A stretch of 63,624 nt of DNA, filler included, from Folioceros fuciformis (taxonomy: Eukaryota), in the NCBI GenBank assembly GCA_049999805.1. It is 7 parts of 7 records of this genome, joined end to end, with 100 filler letters (N's around TTAATTAATTAA, not from the genome) between each part and the next. Parts side by side here need not be neighbours in the genome. Positions count along the whole stretch, not along the records: positions 54,155 to 58,508 come from JBNGIO010006242.1; positions 58,609 to 62,093 come from JBNGIO010006245.1; positions 62,194 to 63,624 come from JBNGIO010006315.1; 4 more parts are not named here. The stretch is one strand, 5' to 3'. Below the pieces are notes generated by a model. It did no database searches. It saw only the letters and a program-made list of their open reading frames with translations, and was not told the origin of the DNA. The position numbers were made by a program, and so were the translations under genes. Numbering within the stretch: position 1 is the stretch's first letter; every line of letters starts with the position of its first letter. Shown one piece after another: positions 54,055 to 63,624 of the stretch.

Positions 54055-54715
54055 NNNNNNNNNNNNNNNNNNNNNNNNNNNNNNNNNNNNNNNNNNNNTT
54101 AATTAATTAANNNNNNNNNNNNNNNNNNNNNNNNNNNNNNNNNNNNNNNNNNNNATTTCAGAATTTAATTGTTTTTACATATAGATATTGTTTACGAGTA
54201 CAAACTAGTTTAAAACTAGTGCACTCTGTCCAAGTTCAGTATTTCTTTTGGGTACGTCACGTTTGCAACACCCGTTCCATTAAAAATGGATATGGGGTAG
54301 TAAAAGTACACATACAAGAATTTTAGAAAACAATCAGGAACTTGCGTTTACGTCTTACTTTATAGTAATTAATAAAAAATTTGTATTACACATTCATTCA
54401 AATTAACACCTTTTTTTGTTGACCGGGCATGTACTTAAAAAGATTTTAAGTGTTGTAAATTTCCATCATAAATCTTAGGACATGATTGATGCAATTCATT
54501 TCTTCAACACATATATTCATATTCCTTTGTTAAAAAGTATTCTTAAAGTAAGGAAAACATATACTTCTTTAAGAGTGCAACTATTTTCAAAAAATGTAAG
54601 TGGAATCAAGCATGCACATTTCTTTTCCATCTAAACCTCAAGAAGGAGAGAGATGTGTCACGGTTTTACTTTGAGAATCCCACCCCCTCCAAGATTAATA
54701 TTAGAAGTTTATGCA

Positions 54716-55730
54716 AGCCTGCAAGGGATGAGGCCTATGTTGCACCCCTTCCAGAATTTATATTTTTCATGTTGTTGCAGGGGGTGAGGCATATGCCTTG
54801 TCCCCTCCAGAGTTCATATTTTTCATGTTGTTGTAGGGGGTGAATCATATGCCTTGCCCCCTCCAGATTCTTTATTCCCCATGTTGTTGTAGGGGATGAT
54901 CCGATGAGGCATACGTCCCACCTCCAATTTAGTATTTATATTTTGAATGTTCAATACCATAAGTAGTGATGCGGTTTAGCTCTATTGATGCTTTACTCGG
55001 TTTTGGCATGTGACAGCTTCTTTTTTGTTGATTTTGTTTGAGCCCAGTTTATACTGTATATGCATTAGGAATACATTTTCAAAATAAACTCGAGGTGATT
55101 GGATCAACTTTGTTTTTTTAATGTAATACTAACTGGGAAAACAGGTTTTTTATGGAATTATTTCTAATCATTGATTCATTATCTTTTACAACACATAAAT
55201 TGATTGTTCATCTTCTGTGCACTATTATGTGCATGAAACAACAAATGAGAATTAGTTCATTGAGCTAGTATTATATTAATCTAAATTTTAATCATAAAAT
55301 TGGAAGCTTTAATCTTTTTTTAAAAGTAAACCACATATGTAACACACCCTTCAAATTAAATATTATATTTTATACCATCTTTGGAATGATTTGGGGATTG
55401 ATTTTACAAAAATGGTATGCCAACTATGTCTGTGACAACCTAGAAAAATACCTTTAGGATTTAGAGGTATTTGTTAACTTTGCATGCAGTTCGTATTCAG
55501 AGAAAAAATTATATATGTCACAGAACGGATGCTATTGAAGACGATATTCAGAAGTTGATCCGAACACCTCAACATGAGGTTTACCATATGCCTTTTACCT
55601 TGCATCAACATTCAAAGTATATACTTTAGAGTTTAAAATTGAGGTGGTGCGTTCGCCTCATTCATACAACAATAATCAGAATATGAACAGTGCTTGAGGT
55701 GGAGCATATGCCTCACCCTTTCAACTACAT
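54716..55730. repeat. AT-rich element with inverted arrays of ~56-bp subterminal-type repeats (non-autonomous DNA transposon-like)
   Basis: About 4 forward units (GGGTGAGGCATATGCC...CCTCCA) at 54716-54925 and about 3 reverse-complement units at 55575-55725. Confidence 0.55.
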
Positions 55731-56765
55731 TCAAATTCTAAACACGGTTTACGTATGAAAATACACGTGAAAGGTTTGTGAATCCATGCCTTACAGCTCG
55801 TCAAATTTTAATAAATGATTAAATATGGTGAAAGGAGATAAATTGACACGGTCCACCTAATTGGTTTGTAAGGAGACAAAACACAACTCATTAATTAGAA
55901 AGCGGACTTGTATTTTATTCATAAAATAATATGCATATGTTGTAACGCCTTCATAAATTAAAAATAAAATAGAAACATACCATTACATTGGACAAAGTGT
56001 ATGTTACATCTGTTGATTACGATTGTATAATTTGTTAATTGTATTTATAAAGAAGTATAAATTATTGGCTATAATCATTGAAGGTGATTGAATAAAATTT
56101 TCAAAATAATCTCCACAATGAAGTGGGTGCGCCTATACCCATTTCGAACGGTATTTTACAATAAAATAAAAAATAATAGCACTTCGTTGGATTCTTTATG
56201 TTACCACGATTTAGAAAGAAAATTGCAAAAGGTTTAGGGTGTAGTAGGTGCTCTCGAGTACATCTGGAAAATAATCAATCCCCACACAAATCTATTACAG
56301 AGATGACAGTATGGTAAATACGCAAACACCGATTCCACTTTGAAGCAAGGTTTGTCATAACTATCTTTATTAGTTTGTAGGATACTGCATTCCACAAGTT
56401 TTTAGAATGCATTTTGGATATAGTTTAGGGTCTTCAACCAACGAACATTGAAAATGCCATTACAATTACCGACATCATAACTATTAAAAAATTTAACCAA
56501 TGACCATTACAATATTTTATAGAAATAAAAGACCCTCTAATCTCTACTTACATTCAAGCATGATTTGCAAAATTGGGGTTTGCCTTTCTTTTCTTGGCCT
56601 TGAATATATTATAAAAGCATATGTCCTTAATTGGACTTACAACAAGGAGACCAAAAATAGGCTCACTATACATTGGAAAATTACTACCTCAACAAAAATC
56701 AATCAAAATAGCCTATGAACAAACCGCAACACTACAAACACTTCATCCCAAATCCAAACACTAGT

Positions 56766-58346
56766 CTAAGCACCAACATGTGGCCGAAGACTCTTATGTG
56801 GCAACGGCCAATTCAATGGCGAATGCATCAATCGGTTTGTGATTTTTGCAAGTGTTCGCCGAGCTGAAACGTCCTCGTCACACAATTGCTCCAAGCTCAA
56901 GTGAAAGAACATGTTCATTTGATCGTAGCTGTATGATCGCTCATGGTCCTCCTCCTTAAATTGCATGTCGAAGTACTCTTGACTAAGGTCCCTCCCGGCA
57001 ATGCGCAAGGCTAGCTTCCCAATTGCATATGTCTCGCTTTGAAAATTGTGACGAGGCTTGCTCTCGAACTGCACATCTCGAACACTCCCTGGTGGTGGAG
57101 GGAAGTAATACAACTCTGGAGCCACCCACCAACGACCGTTGAGGGGGGATCTCTCCACATCTCGAGCCGCCACGGTGGACGCCCAATATGGACTTTCCCT
57201 TGGGAATGCCGAATTCGACGACAAAGCCCAATCGCAAACTCCAATGTATACATGCTCGGGTTGAAACTCGGGTTCGAAATGCAGCAAAATGTTGTCTGGT
57301 GAGAGATCGTTGTGCAAGACGTGGCTTTGATGGATGTTGTTCATGATATTCAACAACGTCCATGCTAACTGTGTCCGCTGCTTGCGAAACAACGCCACTT
57401 GCCGCGCTCGGTCGTATGAATTTGGCTTGAACTTTGGATCGTTGCGGAGCTCCCAAGTAAAGGCGGATTCCAATGGATCTTCTCCATACTTGTTGTCATC
57501 TTGTAGAATGCTTCGAATGGTCCCACCGTTCCACCAAAGGGTGAATCCCTCTTCTTTGTTGTGATGCACAGCAATCCACTTGATGCAACCACGATGGGGA
57601 GATCGAACAGCCAATGCCTCCGCATTAAATAGGGCGGTCTTCTCAGCGGCGGGCATATTCCGTGCCACCTTGCTAGCCAACATCATGAATCGCGGGAAGT
57701 TGGGATCATTCTGGATGTGACACTTTTGTACGACCCCAAAGCCCCCTGTATACGATTCGTCCAAGTATTGCACAACTGCAGTGTCTGCCAAATATATGAG
57801 TTGATCCCCTCGAAACTTCAATTGTGTTTCAGAGAGATGTTGGCCTCCCCGCGACTTCCAACGACGAGTGTCCTCATGCCACTGCTTCAGTTTTGCCTTG
57901 GTCTCCTCGTACTCAGCGGAGTTTTTTATTGCCTCCTCTCGAGCAAATCGCTCCACAAGTTGGTCCGCATTCCACATAGCATCGTTGATGCGGTCCTCCT
58001 CCCACCTCGTATATCCACTCTTCATCATTTGGTCGCGCCATTTGTCGGTGTCAACAACCTTGTTGATTAACTCCTTCATATCCCTTGCAAAGGCAGCCTT
58101 GCCAACCTCAACTGTGTGTTGGAGATATGCAAGGGAAAAAAATGACATTGGATGCTCCATGAAAAATTTGTAAATTTCACGAAGCACCTCGTCACGGCAT
58201 TCCCTGTCTGGCTTGCCTTCCTCGTTTGTGTGGGCTTGGGATCCTCCATATCGAGGTCCTTCCAATTTTTTCTTCAACCCACGGTTCCGTTTCCCTGCAC
58301 GCTTCCTTTTCCCTGCCTCAGCAGCTCCTGAGGGTCCACCTTCCAT
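56766..58346 (-). CDS. Intronless atypical non-RD protein kinase (~526 aa) with a basic NLS-like N-terminus
   Basis: G-loop YTGGFGVV, subdomain II Lys in LASKV, catalytic loop HNDLSPDNILL, DWA in place of DFG, and WWVAPEL. ATG at 58346. Confidence 0.8.
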   Translation of the reverse strand: MEGGPSGAAEAGKRKRAGKRNRGLKKKLEGPRYGGSQAHTNEEGKPDRECRDEVLREIYKFFMEHPMSFFSLAYLQHTVEVGKAAFARDMKELINKVVDTDKWRDQMMKSGYTRWEEDRINDAMWNADQLVERFAREEAIKNSAEYEETKAKLKQWHEDTRRWKSRGGQHLSETQLKFRGDQLIYLADTAVVQYLDESYTGGFGVVQKCHIQNDPNFPRFMMLASKVARNMPAAEKTALFNAEALAVRSPHRGCIKWIAVHHNKEEGFTLWWNGGTIRSILQDDNKYGEDPLESAFTWELRNDPKFKPNSYDRARQVALFRKQRTQLAWTLLNIMNNIHQSHVLHNDLSPDNILLHFEPEFQPEHVYIGVCDWALSSNSAFPRESPYWASTVAARDVERSPLNGRWWVAPELYYFPPPPGSVRDVQFESKPRHNFQSETYAIGKLALRIAGRDLSQEYFDMQFKEEDHERSYSYDQMNMFFHLSLEQLCDEDVSARRTLAKITNRLMHSPLNWPLPHKSLRPHVGA

Positions 58347-58608
58347 TTTTAAAAGAACTTCAACTTTTTGCAAAAAATTGCAAGAAATCACCCCCTGCAA
58401 ATAATAGTGGACCCCCACCCTCAACCTCGGGATTCAGTCCACCACTTAAACCGTGAAGTCTAAGTTCTCTGGTGAACCACTCAACCAAGGGAAGGTGGAG
58501 GTAAGGAANNNNNNNNNNNNNNNNNNNNNNNNNNNNNNNNNNNNNNNNNNNNTTAATTAATTAANNNNNNNNNNNNNNNNNNNNNNNNNNNNNNNNNNNN
58601 NNNNNNNN

Positions 58609-61600
58609 TGACTATAGCCTTTAGCAACTAACCTGGCCTTATAACGTCCAACACTACCATCGGTGTTCAACTTCTTCTTGAAAACCCATTTGCAAGCAAC
58701 AGGCTTGCGGCCCTTGGGTAAATCAACTAATTTCCAGGTTTTGTTGGCTATAAGGGAATCATACTCAGACTTGATAGCCTTTTGCCAGTGTTCAGCTTCA
58801 GGACCACAAATGGCTTCCTTATAAGTGGCTGGTTCAAAAGTATCAAAGGTCTTATCTAAAACTAAACCAGCTACAAAAGGTGGCTCAGACCATTCACTAC
58901 GAGGTGGTCTATAGCGTGTAGATCTACGCAAAACTGGCTCAGGTGTAGGCTCAACTGGATCAGGTGTGGGCTTAGGATCAGACGAAGGGGGGTCAGAATC
59001 AAAAGTAACAACAACATTATCAACTTCCAAGGGTTCAACAAAGGAGGGAACTGCAGAAGACTCATCTGGTGGAGAAGATTCAGGTGCTGGAGAAGCACTA
59101 GGAAGAGGAGCTTGTGCATGTGAACCGGATGTTGTAGCCCCTCCTGGAGCCGAGGAAGGTGAACTGGAAACATCATCAGTATAAAAAATAGAGACATCAG
59201 CATCAGCATCAGCATCAGCATCAGTGTTGTAATCAGCCAAGTCATCCACTCCATGAATAGAAACAGTAGAATCAAAAGAAGTAGGATCCAAAGCAGCTTC
59301 ATGACGTCGGAGAAGAGCATTCTCATGAAAAACAACACTCCAAGAAATGAAAACTTGCCGAGTACTTGGATCAAAAAGCTTATATCCCTTTACCTCGTCC
59401 GAATAACCAATGAAAATGCGGCGAACAGCTTTAGGATCAAGCTTACTTCGAAGTGCAGAAGGGATTAAGGCATATGCTGGTGCTCCAAAAATACGTAGAT
59501 GAGTGATTCGTGGCTTCTTCCCAGTCCAGCGCTCATAAGGGGTAACCAAGCCAAGCTCCTTCGTAGGCAACCTGTTCTGCACATAATTAGCTGCCATAAG
59601 GGCTTCAGCCCAATATCCCCTAATGAGGCCTGCAAATGCCAAGCTGGACAGTGTAGCCTCTTGAAGGGTCCTATTCTTGCGTTCAGCGAAAGCATTCTGA
59701 GCTGGAGTATAAGGAACTGTAAATTGATGAAGAACTCCCTCTCCTAGAACCCTAAACCCTAAACCCTAAAATTATGTGAAGGCATTACTTATATACTCAC
59801 CTCCATTATCAGTCCTGAGAATTTTCAGCTGATGACCTGTCTGACGCTGAGCAGAAGCTAAATACGTCTGAAAACATGACAAGGCTTCGCTCTTATGTGC
59901 AAGAACAAAAACTGTGCAATAGCGGCTCCATTCATCAATAAAAGTGATGAAATATGATGCTCCACCAAAAGACATGGTGGACATGGGGCCACATATGTCA
60001 CTATGAACAATGTGAAGGAGACTGATAGCTCTTGATAAGTTTTGGTCTCTAAAAGGTTGTGAAATTGCCTTGCTCAATTGATAAGAATCACAAAAGGCTC
60101 TATTATCAAAAGAGAAAGACAAAGGATCTCTAAAAACTGAGTTATTGACCAAAGTGGAAAGCCTATTAAAATTCATATGCCCTAATCGGCAATGCCAAAG
60201 CTGAGTGGGGGAGAGACCAGAAGCTTGGGTAACATTAGCAGTTGCAAGTGAACTATTCAAAGTTCTAACATTGAGAAGGTACAAATCATGAAAAGGTGTC
60301 CCTATAAATAGGTTAGATCCAATACTATTGCTAATGATAGAACAACCTGTATTGTCAAAGCAAACTCTACAAGAGTGCTCCTCTGTGAGCTTCATAACTG
60401 ACATGAGAGTCTTTGTCATGGATGGGACAAACAACACACCTAAGATGGTGAGGGATGAATTGTCAGGGAGCTGTATCTTGACTAATCTTGTACCCTTAAT
60501 GGATAAACCACTGTCATCACCCAAAAGAACAAATTGGTGATGATCTGGAGTAGAGTAAAAAACAGTGAAAGCATTCCTATCAAAACAGATGTGGCTGGTT
60601 GCCCCCGAGTTGAGGAACCACATGTCATTTTGGATCTGGACAGAAGATAAGCAAACTGCTAAGATGGAGGGTGGCTTGGGCATACCTTTAGATGTGGCTA
60701 CATTGGATGCTGGAATGGAACTTGCACTTTCCTTCCTGGGCTCACCAGGCCTTTTCTTCCTACAATCCTTCTCAAAATGACCAGGAATCTTGCACCAGTT
60801 GCACGTGAAAGTATGTCTTTGAAGGTTGGGCTGCCGAGAGGTTGAAGATCCTCCTCGTGTTGAGCCCCCACGTCCTCTGCCACGATTGCCTCCACGTCCT
60901 CTTGAAGCAAACAAAACTCTGCTGCCTTGCTGCATAGTAGGCTTTGACTTGTGAAGGCTCCTTCGGCGTTCTTCAGCAATCAAAGCTCCAAATACCTGCT
61001 CCAATGTTACATTGGCACCAGGTCCAATTGCTTGAAGAGTAGCATTCTAAGAACTGATAAACTGAGAATAACTATCAGGCAGAGATGCTAAAAAGGAAAC
61101 AGCTGCTTGAAACTCAGTGAAAGTTGTCCCACAATATGCAAGGGTCGCACGAGCTGTGCGAAACTTATTGATATAAGACTCAACAGTCTCATTATCCGTC
61201 ATACGAATATTGAAAAAATTCCAATGCGCCAAAACAAGGGAAACAGAACTCTTATCTCTATAGATGAGTTGGAAGTTGTTCCAAACTGCAGCTGAGGTAT
61301 CAGCGTCCATGGTATGCGGCATCATGTTCCTGTCAAGGGATGCCAAAAGGATTGACCGGGCTCTCATGTCCTTCCTTTGCCATGCAAGAATATCAGCAGC
61401 ATTTGCATTGTTGGGCTGTGCCACTGGTTTTGGTTCTGTCTTGTCCACGACGGACATGAGCTCATGCTCCTCCAAAATCTGGGTCAGCCTCATGGCCCAA
61501 ATGTGGTTATCATTACCATTGAAGCGATCCTTGTCCTTGAACTCAATCTTCAAGGAACCTGGGGTGATCGCCATAGCTTGCGCAAGGTGTTGACAGGAGG

Positions 61601-61757
61601 CACTAGTTGTTGAAATGTGCTGGCTCCTAAATGTGCAGCTTGTGCAGTGGAAATTCCAACTCCACCAGCAGGATAGCCTGCCGCGCTTGCAAGGGTGCTT
61701 GCAAAACCAGCAGGGTTGCCTCCTGCAGGAGAGGGAACACCAGATGGGTTGCCCCAA
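58609..61757 (-). mobile_element. Ty1/copia LTR-retrotransposon gag-pol, inactivated; RT truncated by the contig end
   Basis: Gag FNGNDNHIWAMR, knuckle CNWCKIPGHFEKDC, protease WFLNSGAT (D to N), LWHCRLGH, integrase HSDICGP/RTDNGGEY/AERKNRTL, and RT start CKWVFKKK...YKARLVAKGYS. One frame with stops at ~61047, ~59772 and ~59766. Confidence 0.95.
59748..59770. repeat. Interstitial plant telomere repeats (CCCTAAA)3 inside the copia integrase
   Basis: AACCCTAAACCCTAAACCCTAAA lies between GGEYISNAFT and GEGVLHQFTVPYTP. Confidence 0.85.
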
Positions 61758-62193
61758 AACCTTCTCAAAAGCTCAAAAGGAGACGCTGCTTGCTACTCAT
61801 CGATGCAAGTTGTGGAATCGACAACAGGGGAAGCGGGTTCCTCCTGCAAATCCAATCTGCCAAGGTCCACATCTTCGCCTTCATTAAATTCGCCAGACGC
61901 TGATGATGGCGAACCTGACTGCATGTCCAATTTTCAAACATTAAGAACGGGGCACGCGTGGGCGTCCCGGTGAGAAAAGCCTAGCCAAATGCACACGCTT
62001 CTCCTCTTCAGTTGGAGTAGACAGAAAAAATAATTGTTGAATTCCAGTTAGAAGAATAGAGAGAAAATCTTGTAAATCATGGATCTGGTGAGANNNNNNN
62101 NNNNNNNNNNNNNNNNNNNNNNNNNNNNNNNNNNNNNTTAATTAATTAANNNNNNNNNNNNNNNNNNNNNNNNNNNNNNNNNNNNNNNNNNNN

Positions 62194-63470
62194 TTTTCTT
62201 CATGCTAGGTACATGTAAAACACCCAGCAATGTGATGTGTGCCCCACCTTTCATAGGGAATGAGACATCACCATATCCAGCAATTGCGAGTCCGCTGTCG
62301 TCTCCAAGTAGCACAAACTGACTAGTTGGTGCTGGCTTGTAACTGATAAATCTGTCTTGAGAGATACAGATATGGTGTGTGGCACCGGAGTCCAAAAACC
62401 ACATACTTGTATCAGCTTGTGTAAGAGATAAACATACAGCAAGGATGGTTGGTGGCTTGGAGGCAGTCTGTGAAGAGCTGCTCTGCCCATGAGTCACCAT
62501 ATTCGTCTCGGCACCAGGTATTGCTTCACGGCGAGGCTCTCCAGCTCGCTTCTTTCTAGATTCACTTTCGAAATGACCTGGAATTCTGCACCAGTGATAG
62601 GTGCCCCTCTTTTTATGTCCAGGTGTATAAGAGATTGGTGCAGGATAGGGTCTTCCCCTTCCTCGACCACGTCCTCTCCCCACGTCCACGCTGGGTGTAG
62701 AGGATATGTGAACTATGTTGCTGCTGACCTCGTCCATTAGCAACCCTGCTGGATTCCTCCTCCAGCAGTGCACCGACCACTTGTGCAAAAGTGATGTTAG
62801 CACCTGCCTAGTTAACAAAATTGGTTTGTGTAGTAACAAAAGCTCTGTAGCTGTGTGGCAGGGATGTGAGAAGGACTGTTATAGCCTTCGTTTCGGTCAA
62901 TACATCACCGCCGGAAGCAAGCTTAGCACGTAAGCTGCGAAATCTATGTAAGTGGTGCTCCACACTATCACTTTCCTTCATCCGTAGGCCATAGAATTGT
63001 CTGGTTGCGTTTATAAGTGTAGCCCCGTCCTTTGCGGCAAACATGTCTTTAAATAAACTCCGGACTGCTGCAGACGTCGTCTGCCCTTGAGTATGTTGTA
63101 TCATGTTCCTATCAAGAGCTGATAGGATTATACTCCATGCTCTTTTATCCTGCTTTTCCCAAGCCTTTATTTTTGCATCTATGCCTTTAGGATTTGCTAA
63201 TGCTGGATTTGTACTCTTTCCAGTGACAACATCCATGAGGTCGTGCTCTTCAAAGATTGCTTTCATTCGAAGCTCCCAGATTGGGTAATCTGAGCCATTA
63301 AACCGGTCCTTATCTTTCATATCCAGCCTGAAAGTGGTGTTGTTAATGGTTGTGTTGGTACCCATGATTGGAGGTTGAGGTGGAGGAGGTGTTAATGTAA
63401 AACGAGGTGCTTTTGGCCTAGGATACCTATGTGGTGGTGACCACATGCAGCTACGGTACTGACACTTCAT
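62194..63470 (-). mobile_element. Second Ty1/copia element (gag-protease part), frameshifted, related to the first
   Basis: KDKDRFNGSDYPIWELRM, LLTSLPHSY, frameshift near 62810, degenerate knuckle YHWCRIPGHFESES and WFLDSGATHHIC. Confidence 0.92.
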
Positions 63471-63624
63471 AACCTATCTTAAAAATTTCTAGAGAATTGA
63501 GGATTCTGAATCCTGACCGAACATTGCGGCCAAGGACCCTAATATGTGATCTGTTGGCTCAGGTACTATCTTCAAAGCAATTGATGGATCACAACAAGAG
63601 ATGTCAGGCTTTAGAGAAGAAGGA

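Overview
Gene-dense land-plant nuclear DNA, most likely from a hornwort (Anthoceros-like). This is inferred from short 80-120 bp introns and two PPR proteins with DYW:KP-type domains ending in DRH and GRP. The window joins seven contigs with N-padded TTAATTAATTAA linkers and has four 100-N gaps, so adjacency across linkers is uncertain. Genes in order: TIC236, ARF1, LSm5, a LysM-LysM-TM-FIST-like protein, TRB/SMH, plasma-membrane H+-ATPase, EUL lectin, class III HD-ZIP (miR166 site), PPR-DYW(DRH), ICMT (with a U12-type and a GC-AG intron), RPL8, a GDSL-like protein lacking its catalytic His, PPR-DYW(GRP), an intronless atypical kinase and two degenerate Ty1/copia elements. The strongest candidate novelty is a reconstructed ~1013-aa protein that fuses two tandem OSB-type PDF ssDNA-binding motifs to a PLS-PPR array and a GRP-type (candidate U-to-C editing) DYW domain, on a self-overlapping 5522-bp contig unit. 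Domain calls were made by eye; no searches were run.
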